Below are positions 1-12,677 of a DNA stretch of 64,000 nt, one piece after another. Position 1 is the first letter of the stretch; every line of letters starts with the position of its first letter. A program made the translations under genes and the position numbers. The notes under the pieces were generated by a model. The model did no database searches. It had not been told where the DNA came from and was given only the letters and a program-made list of their open reading frames with translations. The DNA lies in NCBI RefSeq assembly GCF_055900595.2, contig NZ_CM148325.1; one strand, 5' to 3'.

Positions 1-1
1 A

Positions 2-649
2 GTCCTCGGATTTTTTGGCCTGGTGGGGGCCGGGCGTTCCGATGTGATGAAGGCGCTATTTGGCCTCGTTTCGTATCACGGGACTGTGTTGATTGATGGT
101 AAGGAAGTCAGGATCGCTAATCCCAAACAGGCTATTGATCATGGCATTGCTTTTGTGACCGAAAACCGCAAGGAAGAAGGGTTAGTGCTGATGCACGACG
201 TCAATATGAACACGCACCATGTGGCGTTTCAATATAACGCTTCGCGGATGGGACTCATCAATCACCGACAAGAAGAGGCGAAGACGCTGCAATCTATTGC
301 CAGAATGAACACTAAAGTGAGTTCTGTACATCAGGCAGTGGGAGCGCTGAGCGGCGGTAATCAACAGAAAATCGTGTTATCCAAGTGGCTGGAGAAAACT
401 CCGCGTATTTTATTGCTCGATGAGCCAACGCGCGGAGTGGATGTCGGCGCAAAATTTGAAATCTATAACGTGATACGTCAACTGGCTGCGGCAGGGACAG
501 CAATTATTCTGGTGTCCTCTGAACTGCCAGAGGTCATGGCACTTAGCGATCGTCTGGTGGTAATGCGTAATAAAACGATTGCCGATATTTATTCATGTGA
601 AAATTTAACGCAGACACAGGTAATGACCGCTGCAACAGGAGTACGTTAA
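2..649 (+). CDS. Sugar ABC transporter ATP-binding protein, C-terminal (second) nucleotide-binding domain; 5' end lies upstream of the window
   Basis: The frame stays open back to position 2, giving ...GLVGAGRSD (Walker A-like). ABC signature LSGGNQQK and Walker B ILLLDEPTRGVD are present. Resembles the second domain of RbsA/MglA-type sugar ATPases. Confidence 0.8.
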   Translation, partial: VLGFFGLVGAGRSDVMKALFGLVSYHGTVLIDGKEVRIANPKQAIDHGIAFVTENRKEEGLVLMHDVNMNTHHVAFQYNASRMGLINHRQEEAKTLQSIARMNTKVSSVHQAVGALSGGNQQKIVLSKWLEKTPRILLLDEPTRGVDVGAKFEIYNVIRQLAAAGTAIILVSSELPEVMALSDRLVVMRNKTIADIYSCENLTQTQVMTAATGVR

Positions 650-1639
650 ATGACAGAGAAAACTCTTGCCAGTCCGAAACCTTCGGAAATTCCCATTGCA
701 AATAATTTTAAAAAAGTCTTCAGGCAATATGGCGGTATCCTCAGTGGAATGGTGGTGTTAATCATTCTGTTCAGTCTTATTAATGACAGTTTTTTTACTG
801 CCAATAACATTACTAATATTATTCTTCAGGTTTCGATAATTGCAATTACCGCCTATGGAATGACTTATGTACTTTTGCTTGGCGATATTGATTTATCAGT
901 CGGTTCAACCATTGCATTGATTGGCACATTTGCTGCGCTTGGGGCTTCATGGGGAATTCCATTTATTTTATTGGTCCCATTATCCATTATTGCAGCCCTG
1001 GCTCTGGGGATGATAAATGGTGGCTTGACGGCTATAGCGGGTATCCCTTCGTTTATTGTCACCGTTGCTACAATGGGGATCTTCCGTGGTATCGCTTATA
1101 TAGTGACCGATGGTATGCCCATCATGATTAAAGATGATGCCTTTCTGGCGCTGGGGAATGGAGAATTTCTCTATATACCTATTCCTATCTGGATATTAAT
1201 CATCTTATTGCTGATTAACCACTTCATTCTTACTAAAACAACCTTTGGACGAAAAATTTATATCACTGGTGGTAATAAAGAAGCGGCAGTTTATTCAGGG
1301 ATAAATGTCACCCGCTTGAAAATTAAAGTCTTTATGATTACTGCAGTGCTGGCAGGTATCAGCGGGATGATCCTCGCCTCACGCCTCTATTCCGGGCAAC
1401 CGAATTCCGCGTTGAGCTACGAACTGGATGCTATTGCCGCGGCTGTACTGGGAGGCACCAGCCTGAACGGCGGCTATGGAACGGTGGTGGGGACGGTAAT
1501 CGGGGCATTAACCATCGGCGTTATTAATAATGGCATGAACTTAATGAACGTTCCCTATTTCTATCAGATGGTGGTTAAAGGATTAGTCATTCTTGTAGCC
1601 GTTTATTTTGACGTAAGAAATAAAAGAAAACGTAGCTAA
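650..1639 (+). CDS. Sugar ABC transporter permease (RbsC-like, multi-pass membrane protein)
   Basis: 329-aa hydrophobic protein with multiple predicted transmembrane segments. Its ATG follows the upstream stop directly (TAA-ATG), with AGGAG about 10 nt upstream. The sequence is visibly AT-rich. Confidence 0.8.
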   Translation: MTEKTLASPKPSEIPIANNFKKVFRQYGGILSGMVVLIILFSLINDSFFTANNITNIILQVSIIAITAYGMTYVLLLGDIDLSVGSTIALIGTFAALGASWGIPFILLVPLSIIAALALGMINGGLTAIAGIPSFIVTVATMGIFRGIAYIVTDGMPIMIKDDAFLALGNGEFLYIPIPIWILIILLLINHFILTKTTFGRKIYITGGNKEAAVYSGINVTRLKIKVFMITAVLAGISGMILASRLYSGQPNSALSYELDAIAAAVLGGTSLNGGYGTVVGTVIGALTIGVINNGMNLMNVPYFYQMVVKGLVILVAVYFDVRNKRKRS

Positions 1640-1660
1640 TCATTTCAAGGAATTAATTAT

Positions 1661-2623
1661 ATGAGTAAGGTCTTCACAATTGGAGAAATTCTGGTTGAAA
1701 TTATGGCGAGTAAAATCGGCCAGCCATTTGATCAACCAGGTATCTGGAACGGCCCTTATCCCAGTGGTGCGCCCGCTATTTTTATCGACCAGGTGACACG
1801 TCTTGGTGTTCCGTGCGGCATCATTAGCTGTGTGGGGAATGATGGCTTTGGTGATATTAATATACATCGTCTGGCTGCTGATGGTGTGGATATCAGGGGG
1901 ATTTCAGTCTTACCTCTGGAAGCCACCGGGAGTGCCTTTGTTACTTATCATAACTCTGGCGATCGCGATTTTATTTTTAATATCAAGAATGCCGCTTGCG
2001 GTAAATTATCGGCGCAGCATGTTGATGAAAATATACTGAAAGACTGTACCCATTTTCATATTATGGGCTCATCCCTGTTTTCATTTCATATGGTAGACGC
2101 AGTAAAAAAAGCAGTAACCATCGTTAAAGCAAATGGTGGCGTTATTTCTTTCGACCCGAATATTCGTAAAGAGATGCTCGATATTCCAGAAATGCGTGAC
2201 GCCCTCCACTTTGTTCTTGAGTTAACAGATATCTATATGCCCAGCGAGGGAGAAGTGTTGCTCTTGTCGCCACACTCGACACCGGAGCGTGCAATCGCTG
2301 GTTTTCTTGAAGAAGGTGTTAAAGAGGTGATTGTGAAGCGCGGCAATCAAGGTGCCAGTTACTACTCCGCGAATGAGCAGTTTCATGTTGAGAGCTATCC
2401 GGTGGAAGAAGTTGACCCGACCGGTGCGGGAGACTGCTTTGGTGGCGCGTGGATTGCCTGCCGCCAGCTAGGGTTTGACGCCCATCGGGCATTACAATAT
2501 GCCAACGCCTGCGGTGCACTGGCGGTAACCCGACGTGGCCCAATGGAGGGAACGTCTCGCCTTGCGGAAATCGAAGCGTTCATCCAGCGCCATGACATGT
2601 CCATTCGGGAAGCAGCACAATGA
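1661..2623 (+). CDS. PfkB-family carbohydrate kinase (ribokinase/fructokinase/KdgK-like)
   Basis: 320 aa with an N-terminal FTIGEILVEI glycine-rich region and a C-terminal DPTGAGDCFGGAW anion-hole motif typical of PfkB kinases. A ribosome-binding site precedes the ATG. Confidence 0.8.
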   Translation: MSKVFTIGEILVEIMASKIGQPFDQPGIWNGPYPSGAPAIFIDQVTRLGVPCGIISCVGNDGFGDINIHRLAADGVDIRGISVLPLEATGSAFVTYHNSGDRDFIFNIKNAACGKLSAQHVDENILKDCTHFHIMGSSLFSFHMVDAVKKAVTIVKANGGVISFDPNIRKEMLDIPEMRDALHFVLELTDIYMPSEGEVLLLSPHSTPERAIAGFLEEGVKEVIVKRGNQGASYYSANEQFHVESYPVEEVDPTGAGDCFGGAWIACRQLGFDAHRALQYANACGALAVTRRGPMEGTSRLAEIEAFIQRHDMSIREAAQ

Positions 2624-3666
2624 AAAACGAAATTTGGTCGTGGATTGGCGATCTCTCGCAGGTTGCCGGAATTAAACACTATGAGTTACGCAGTGGCAGA
2701 TCAAAGGGGACAGAAGCGTTTGATGTCCGTACTGGTGCGGGATTGGCATTTACGGTGGTAAAAGATCGCGCGCTGGATATTGCATGGGCCAGCTACAAGG
2801 ACACTGCGCTCTCTTTTATCACCCCCAACGGCATTGTCGCCCCCGCTTTTTTTGAGTCTCAGGGCAACGGGTTTTTACGTAGCTTCTACGCGGGGTTACT
2901 GACTACCTGCGGACTTAGCTACATTGGCACGCCCTGTGAGGATAACGGAGAAACGCTGGGGTTACACGGGCGTTTGGCTGCGACTCCAGCAGAAGAGGTG
3001 GGGTATCGCACAGAACGGACCGACGACGGCATTGAATTTGTCATCAATGGCAAAGTACGGGAAACACGATTGTTCGGTGAAAATCTGACGCTGGAAAGGA
3101 CCATTCGCTGCCGTTATGGCGAAAATGTGCTGCGCATTGAAGACAAGGTGACTAATCATGGTTTCACCCGCCAGCCGCTGCAAATTCTTTATCACTTTAA
3201 TTACGGCTGGCCTTTATTATCGCCACAGGCAGAAATCTTGCTGTCGGCTAAAAGCGTAACGCCACGAACCCCGCATGCGGCGGAAGGGTTAACCAGTCAT
3301 CTGGAGATTTGTACCCCACAGCCCAGTTTTGACGAGCAGGTTTACTATCTCACGTTGAATAGCGACAGTCAGGGGATGAGTAAAGTTGCGCTGGTGAACG
3401 CCGAACTGGGGTGGGGAATTTACGAGAAATTCGACACCATGCAGCTACCCAACTTTATCCAGTGGAAAAATTTAGGCGCGGGTGAATATGTTATGGGGCT
3501 GGAGGTCAGCAATAGTTTTCCTGACGGTCGTGATAAAGAACGAGCGCAGGGGCGTCTGCCCTTTATAGAGCCAGGGGAAACAAAGACATACTGCTTTGAG
3601 CTGGGAATTGTTGATGGCGATGCTGAAATTAGCGCGTTGAAAGCGGAAATTGCAAGCTACCGTTAG
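2620..3666 (+). CDS. Aldose-1-epimerase-like (DUF4432-type) protein, function unknown
   Basis: 348-aa ORF whose start overlaps the kinase stop (ATGA), suggesting translational coupling. It is soluble-looking; family assignment is from overall resemblance only. Confidence 0.6.
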   Translation: MKNEIWSWIGDLSQVAGIKHYELRSGRSKGTEAFDVRTGAGLAFTVVKDRALDIAWASYKDTALSFITPNGIVAPAFFESQGNGFLRSFYAGLLTTCGLSYIGTPCEDNGETLGLHGRLAATPAEEVGYRTERTDDGIEFVINGKVRETRLFGENLTLERTIRCRYGENVLRIEDKVTNHGFTRQPLQILYHFNYGWPLLSPQAEILLSAKSVTPRTPHAAEGLTSHLEICTPQPSFDEQVYYLTLNSDSQGMSKVALVNAELGWGIYEKFDTMQLPNFIQWKNLGAGEYVMGLEVSNSFPDGRDKERAQGRLPFIEPGETKTYCFELGIVDGDAEISALKAEIASYR

Positions 3667-3681
3667 CTAACGGCAATAAAA

Positions 3682-3710
3682 ACGCCGGGCAGCGTTAACA
3701 GGCCCGGCGT
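3682..3710. terminator. Hairpin between the converging sugar operon (+) and accC (-); likely rho-independent terminator for accC
   Basis: Stem ACGCCGGGC / GCCCGGCGT with an 11-nt loop. An A-run on the + strand (T-run on the - strand) abuts the stem. Confidence 0.6.
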
Positions 3711-3757
3711 TGATTACGTTCTTTGCTAAGCGCGATGAAAACACCGCGCGTCACAAA

Positions 3758-5107
3758 TTATTTTTCCTGAAGACCGAGTTTTTTCTCCAGATAGTGGATG
3801 TTAGTGCCACCATGCTGGAAGTTCTCGTCATTCATGATGCGGATCTGCAGATCAACGTTGGTTTTGATACCGTCGATGATCAGCTCCTGCAGCGCATTCT
3901 TCATGCGGGCAATCGCCACGTCACGGTTTTCACCGTAGCAAATCAGCTTACCGATCATTGAGTCATAGTACGGCGGTACGGTGTAGCCCGCGTAGATATG
4001 AGACTCCCAACGCACGCCAAAACCGCCAGGTGCATGGAAACGGGTGATTTTGCCCGGGCTTGGCAGGAAGGTGTTAGGATCCTCGGCGTTAATACGGCAT
4101 TCCACCGCATGGCCGCGAACGTGAACTTCTTCTTGCTTGATCGACAGCGGCTGACCAGCAGCAATACGCAGTTGTTCTTTGATCAGGTCAACACCGGTGA
4201 TCATTTCAGTAACCGGGTGTTCTACCTGAATACGGGTGTTCATTTCGATGAAATAGAACTCGCCGTTTTCGAACAGAAACTCGAAAGTACCTGCACCGCG
4301 ATAGCCGATATCAACACACGCTTTAGCACAACGTTCACCGATGTAGCGACGCAGTTCCGGGGTAATGCCCGGTGCTGGCGCTTCTTCGACCACTTTCTGG
4401 TGACGACGCTGCATAGAGCAGTCACGTTCCGCCAGATAGATAGCGTTGCCCTGACCGTCCGCCAGTACCTGGATCTCGACGTGGCGAGGATTTTCCAGGT
4501 ATTTCTCCATGTAAACCATGTCGTTATTGAAAGCGGCTTTCGCTTCCGCACGGGTCATGGAGATGGATTGCGCCAGTTCAGCGTCGCCGCGTACTACACG
4601 CATACCACGACCGCCGCCGCCGCCGGAGGCTTTGATAATCACCGGGTAACCAATGCGTTTTGCAATGGCGCGGTTTTTATCCATATCGTCGCCCAGCGGG
4701 CCGTCAGAACCTGGTACGCAAGGAACGCCCGCTTTTTTCATCGCCGCGATTGCTGATACTTTATCGCCCATCAGGCGAATGGTTTCGGCTTTCGGGCCGA
4801 TGAAGATAAAGCCGGAGCGTTCAACCTGCTCGGCAAAATTGGCGTTCTCGGAGAGGAAGCCGTAACCCGGATGGATTGCTACTGCGCCGGTGATTTCAGC
4901 GGCGCTGATGATTGCCGGGATGTTCAGATAACTTTTTACTGACGGAGCAGGGCCGATACAGACCGTTTCGTCTGCCAGTAATACGTGTTTTAGATCGCGA
5001 TCCGCACTGGAGTGCACAGCGACAGTCTTGATGCCCAGTTCTTTACAGGCACGAAGAATACGCAATGCAATCTCGCCGCGGTTGGCAATAACAATTTTAT
5101 CCAGCAT
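3758..5107 (-). CDS. accC: Biotin carboxylase subunit of acetyl-CoA carboxylase
   Basis: Translation from [33 protein letters not shown]... gives 449 aa, matching E. coli AccC. The six-frame ORF extends 13 codons further upstream, which I treat as an artefact. Confidence 0.97.
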   Translation of the reverse strand: MLDKIVIANRGEIALRILRACKELGIKTVAVHSSADRDLKHVLLADETVCIGPAPSVKSYLNIPAIISAAEITGAVAIHPGYGFLSENANFAEQVERSGFIFIGPKAETIRLMGDKVSAIAAMKKAGVPCVPGSDGPLGDDMDKNRAIAKRIGYPVIIKASGGGGGRGMRVVRGDAELAQSISMTRAEAKAAFNNDMVYMEKYLENPRHVEIQVLADGQGNAIYLAERDCSMQRRHQKVVEEAPAPGITPELRRYIGERCAKACVDIGYRGAGTFEFLFENGEFYFIEMNTRIQVEHPVTEMITGVDLIKEQLRIAAGQPLSIKQEEVHVRGHAVECRINAEDPNTFLPSPGKITRFHAPGGFGVRWESHIYAGYTVPPYYDSMIGKLICYGENRDVAIARMKNALQELIIDGIKTNVDLQIRIMNDENFQHGGTNIHYLEKKLGLQEK

Positions 5108-5117
5108 GTTCGCCTCG

Positions 5118-5588
5118 TTACTCGATGACGACCAGCGGCTCGTCAAATTCTACCGGTTGTCCACTTTCGACCAGAATTGCTTTCACGGTACCGGATTTGT
5201 CCGCTTCGATCTGGTTCATCATTTTCATGGCTTCAACGATGCACAGGGTATCGCCCACGTTGACTTTCTGACCCACTTCGATGAACGCTTTTGCGTCCGG
5301 GCTTGGGGTGCGGTAGAAAGTACCAACCATCGGGGAACGTACGATGTGACCACTGATTTCCGCTGCTGCTGGCGCTTCCATGGAAGGAACGGTCGCCGGA
5401 GCGGCTGCGTTAGATTGAGCTGGCTGCTGCATCATTGGTGCAGCGTAAGCTTGTTGCATCACAGGGAAACTTGCGGCAGGAGCTGCACGGCTGATGCGTA
5501 CTGACTCTTCGCCTTCGGAGATTTCCAGTTCGGAGATGCCTGATTCTTCAACCAGCTCGATCAGTTTTTTAATCTTACGAATATCCAT
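5118..5588 (-). CDS. accB: Biotin carboxyl carrier protein
   Basis: 156 aa starting [28 protein letters not shown]..., with the biotinylation motif [10 protein letters not shown]. It sits immediately upstream of accC. Confidence 0.97.
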
Positions 5589-6363
5589 GAGTGGGTTCCG
5601 TACTCTTTGTTTAGTGTGATTGTGACAGGCGTTTCACCGCCGTCTGTAAAGCGTATGCCCCGACAGCTGTATGCATAGCGATAAATTCCAGCAGGCCGGG
5701 ACGCCGGTCTATTTTGCCCCAGAGTGTCAATGTTTAGACTTGACGGACATTGTGCAGCGATCTGCTGCTATCCTCCGGCAAAAAACAAAATATACCTTCG
5801 TTGCGCCAATGTCACCTTTTCCGCAGCGCAAAAACTGCGTCAGGGAGGACGAGGTCGCACATTATAACGATTTCGTAGCAATTGGCAGCTAAATACTGGT
5901 CTTATCAGGGAAGATAATCAACAGCTAACATGTAAATAACCTTCAACACCGTGTAATTTGCAACAAGCCGCACAATTCACGAAATTAGCGCTATCGTCGA
6001 CGGAACTTCTTATAACGTAAGGCTAAAAGCTGTAAAGCCAGCTCTGCGAAGATGAGGGGCTGCAATGAGATGATCCTCACAGACCACAAATAATGTAGGG
6101 TTGCCAGGATCGCGACAAGATAGACGACATTACGCAGCGGTTGCTGGGGATTACTCAATTTTCACGGCATCGTCCGGATAGACGTCAATGCTAAAGCACG
6201 CAAAATCAACAAACTGACAATGCTCAGCATCAAATAGTTTTGAGTGGTTAATTTATAATCTAATAAAATCAGATTATTCACCCCTGGGATCAGAGTTAAG
6301 GTACAGATTAAGCGTAGCGTCACCCAGGCAAAGCGCCTTAAACCTAACAGACGACGGGACGTA

Positions 6364-6561
6364 TCAATAATGACTATTTAGTGGAGTATCAAGGGTGTTT
6401 TCCACCGTTTGGTGACCCGTATCAATGCGCATCAATTTATGGTCAGTCGAAATCATGACTTTCCAGTTTGGATTATGTTGTACAACTTTCTGACCAAGGT
6501 GTTCGACGAAAGCTGTCCGGCTAACCGCTTTTCCCGTTAATCGATGGAATAATGATTTCAA
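6364..6561 (-). CDS. Small hypothetical protein (65 aa)
   Basis: ORF with a GAGAGGG Shine-Dalgarno about 7 nt before the ATG, 36 bp downstream of acuI in AT-rich sequence. I do not recognise the protein. Confidence 0.35.
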   Translation of the reverse strand: MKSLFHRLTGKAVSRTAFVEHLGQKVVQHNPNWKVMISTDHKLMRIDTGHQTVENTLDTPLNSHY

Positions 6562-6597
6562 AATGAGTTCCCTCTCTTATTAATCCTTGCTAAATGG

Positions 6598-7572
6598 TTA
6601 ATTAATCTTCACCAGCGTGCGACCCTGGATCTGGTTATTAATGATGGCTTCGGCAAACTTTGGTGCTTCTGCCAGAGATATCTCTTTTGCTGCCTGGGTA
6701 TAGAATGATTCCGGTAAATCGGCGACCAGTCGCTGCCAGGCTTGTGCGCGGCGTGCTGGTGGCGTCATCACTGAATCCACCCCTTGTAAACGGACATTAC
6801 GCAGAATAAATGGCATGACCGTTGTTGGCAGAGTAAAACCACCCGCCAGACCACAAGCTGCCACGCAGCCTCCGTAATTCATTTGCGCCAGCACTTTCGC
6901 CAGCACTTTGTCGCCAACGGTGTCAATTGCCCCAGCCCAGAGTTGTTTTTCCAGAGGACGGGATTCGGCAAACTCATCGCGAGGGAGAATACGGCTGGCA
7001 CCTAAACTTTTCAGATATTCATGGGTACTTTCGCGACCGGAAACGGCAACGACCTGATAACCCAACTTATGCAGCAGCGCCACGGCGGTACTGCCGACGC
7101 CACCACTGGCACCCGTTACGACAATCTCGCCGTCCTGCGGGCGAACACCGGCATCTTCCAGCGCCATCACACACAGCATGGCGGTAAAACCGGCAGTACC
7201 GATAATCATTGCTTTACGCGCGTCCAGCCCTTGCGGCATGGCAACCAGCCAGTCACCTTTCACTCGCGCCTGCTCCGCCAGCCCACCCCAGTGGTTTTCA
7301 CCAACGCCCCAGCCAGTGAGTAATACGTCCTGACCGGCATGAAAACGCGGATCTTCGCTGGTGCGTACAGTTCCGGCAAAATCGATCCCAGGAATCATCG
7401 GAAAATTACGGATGATTTTTCCCTTACCGGTAATTGCCAGCGCATCTTTGTAGTTCAGGCTCGACCAGTGAACATCAACCGTGACATCGCCCTCCGGCAG
7501 GCGACTTTCGTCCAGAGTCTGTACCGATGCGAGAGTTTTGCCGTCCTGCTGTTCTAAAAGTAACGCCTGCAT
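6598..7572 (-). CDS. acuI: Acrylyl-CoA reductase AcuI (YhdH), MDR-family oxidoreductase
   Basis: 324 aa, MQALLLEQQDGKTLASVQTLDESRLPEGDV..., with a GASGGVG nucleotide-binding motif. Confidence 0.93.
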   Translation of the reverse strand: MQALLLEQQDGKTLASVQTLDESRLPEGDVTVDVHWSSLNYKDALAITGKGKIIRNFPMIPGIDFAGTVRTSEDPRFHAGQDVLLTGWGVGENHWGGLAEQARVKGDWLVAMPQGLDARKAMIIGTAGFTAMLCVMALEDAGVRPQDGEIVVTGASGGVGSTAVALLHKLGYQVVAVSGRESTHEYLKSLGASRILPRDEFAESRPLEKQLWAGAIDTVGDKVLAKVLAQMNYGGCVAACGLAGGFTLPTTVMPFILRNVRLQGVDSVMTPPARRAQAWQRLVADLPESFYTQAAKEISLAEAPKFAEAIINNQIQGRTLVKIN

Positions 7573-7723
7573 AAGTGGTCCTCATGTGCATGATGGATTG
7601 GAAAATAATTTCTGAAGACTATACTCGCTAATGGAAAAGCAAAGCCGATGAAGCGCAATAAATTGCGAGATAAATCTGATTTGCTAGTATGCCCGCTTCC
7701 TCACTATCGGAGTTAACACAAGG

Positions 7724-9664
7724 ATGAGATTAACGACGAAATTTTCGGCCTTTGTTACGCTGCTCACCGGGTTAACAATTTTTGTGACTTTGTTGGGCTG
7801 TTCGCTAAGTTTCTACAACGCCATTCAGTATAAGTTTAGTCATCGCGTTCAGGCGGTGGCGACGGCGATTGATACCCACCTTGTGTCGAATGACTTCAGC
7901 GCATTAAGGCCACAAATTACCGAATTAATGATGTCAGCAGATATCGTTCGTGTAGACCTGCTACATGGTGATAAACAGGTTTATACCCTCGCCAGAAATG
8001 GTAGTTATCGTCCGGTTGGCACCAGCGATCTGTTTCGCGAACTGAGCGTTCCGTTGATAAAGCATCCGGGGATGTCGCTGCGTCTGGTTTATCAGGATCC
8101 GATGGGCAACTATTTCCATTCGTTGATGACCACCGCGCCGCTCACGGGGGCGATTGGCTTTATCATTCTTATGCTCTTCCTGGCGGTACGCTGGTTACAA
8201 CGGCAACTTGCCGGGCAAGAATTGCTGGAAACCCGGGCTACTCGTATCTTAAACGGTGAGCGTGGCTCTAATGTGTTGGGAACCATCTATGAATGGCCGC
8301 CCAGAACCAGCAGTGCGCTGGATACGCTGCTTCGTGAAATTCAGAACGCACGCGAACAACACAGCCGTCTTGATACGCTGATCCGCTCTTATGCCGCCCA
8401 GGACATGAAAACCGGCCTCAATAACCGACTCTTCTTCGATAATCAGTTGGCAACGTTACTGGAAGATCAGGAGAAAGTAGGTACCCACGGGATCGTGATG
8501 ATGATTCGTCTACCGGATTTCAATATGTTGAGCGATACCTGGGGGCACAGCCAGGTTGAAGAACAGTTCTTCACTCTGACGAATCTGCTGTCGACATTTA
8601 TGATGCGCTACCCTGGCGCACTGCTGGCGCGTTACCACCGCAGTGATTTTGCTGCGCTGTTGCCGCACCGGACGTTAAAAGAGGCTGAGAGCATAGCCAG
8701 TCAGTTAATCAAAGCCGTCGATACCTTGCCGAACAATAAAATGCTCGATCGCGACGATATGATCCACATTGGTATCTGTGCCTGGCGTAGTGGTCAGGAT
8801 ACCGAGCAGGTAATGGAACATGCAGAGTCTGCCACGCGTAATGCGGGATTGCAGGGCGGCAATAGCTGGGCTATTTACGATGACTCGTTGCCTGAAAAAG
8901 GACGCGGTAATGTTCGCTGGCGTACGCTTATCGAGCAAATGCTCAGTCGCGGCGGCCCGCGCCTTTATCAAAAACCGGCGGTTACTCGCGAAGGTCAGGT
9001 TCATCATCGAGAACTCATGTGCCGCATCTTCGATGGTAATGAAGAGGTTAGCTCGGCGGAGTATATGCCGATGGTCTTGCAGTTTGGCTTATCGGAAGAG
9101 TATGACCGCCTGCAAATCAGCCGTCTGATTCCACTATTGCGTTACTGGCCGGAGGAAAATCTGGCGATTCAGGTTACCGTTGAGTCGCTGATTCGCCCGC
9201 GTTTTCAGCGTTGGCTGCGCGATACGTTAATGCAATGTGAAAGATCGCAACGAAAACGCATAATTATTGAACTTGCAGAGGCCGATGTAGGTCAACATAT
9301 CAGTCGTTTACAACCTGTTATTCGTTTAGTGAATGCTTTAGGGGTACGGGTAGCCGTCAACCAGGCTGGTTTGACGCTGGTAAGCACCAGTTGGATCAAA
9401 GAACTTAATGTTGAGTTACTCAAGCTCCATCCGGGGCTGGTCAGAAACATTGAGAAGCGAACGGAGAATCAGCTGCTGGTTCAAAGCCTGGTGGAAGCCT
9501 GCTCCGGGACCAGCACCCAGGTTTACGCCACCGGCGTGCGTTCGCGAAGCGAGTGGCAGACCCTGATTCAGCGCGGTGTTACAGGTGGGCAAGGGGATTT
9601 TTTCGCGTCCTCACAGCCACTTGATACTAACGTGAAAAAATATTCACAAAGATACTCGGTTTAA
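7724..9664 (+). CDS. csrD: CsrD, regulator of CsrB/CsrC sRNA decay (degenerate GGDEF-EAL protein)
   Basis: 646 aa with two N-terminal transmembrane segments. Length and position (divergent from acuI, upstream of mreB) match CsrD. Confidence 0.93.
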   Translation: MRLTTKFSAFVTLLTGLTIFVTLLGCSLSFYNAIQYKFSHRVQAVATAIDTHLVSNDFSALRPQITELMMSADIVRVDLLHGDKQVYTLARNGSYRPVGTSDLFRELSVPLIKHPGMSLRLVYQDPMGNYFHSLMTTAPLTGAIGFIILMLFLAVRWLQRQLAGQELLETRATRILNGERGSNVLGTIYEWPPRTSSALDTLLREIQNAREQHSRLDTLIRSYAAQDMKTGLNNRLFFDNQLATLLEDQEKVGTHGIVMMIRLPDFNMLSDTWGHSQVEEQFFTLTNLLSTFMMRYPGALLARYHRSDFAALLPHRTLKEAESIASQLIKAVDTLPNNKMLDRDDMIHIGICAWRSGQDTEQVMEHAESATRNAGLQGGNSWAIYDDSLPEKGRGNVRWRTLIEQMLSRGGPRLYQKPAVTREGQVHHRELMCRIFDGNEEVSSAEYMPMVLQFGLSEEYDRLQISRLIPLLRYWPEENLAIQVTVESLIRPRFQRWLRDTLMQCERSQRKRIIIELAEADVGQHISRLQPVIRLVNALGVRVAVNQAGLTLVSTSWIKELNVELLKLHPGLVRNIEKRTENQLLVQSLVEACSGTSTQVYATGVRSRSEWQTLIQRGVTGGQGDFFASSQPLDTNVKKYSQRYSV

Positions 9665-9842
9665 CCTGCCGTTTAATCCGTTTTCACGTAGAATAACGCG
9701 CGCTGCGTCTCATGGGAGTGTGCTTGTCTGCTCGCCAGATTGTTGCAGCACATATGCAGATGAATGACCTTACGCGGTTGCAAACAGGCGAGGAATGCTG
9801 CTGATGCATTAAGCCTTTCTGGACTCAGGCAGAGATTTGTAA

Positions 9843-11012
<1,170 letters not shown>

Positions 11013-11077
11013 TCGGATACAGGCAGGGGAAGCGTCTGTTTACCCTGCCTGGTCTGATACGAGAATACGCATAACTT

Positions 11078-12669
<1,592 letters not shown>

Positions 12670-12677
12670 AGGTTTCT

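Noticed and set aside
3998-4756. 252-aa ORF on the + strand inside accC
   Set aside because: Antisense shadow ORF lying wholly within the accC coding sequence, with no ribosome-binding site or recognisable protein features.
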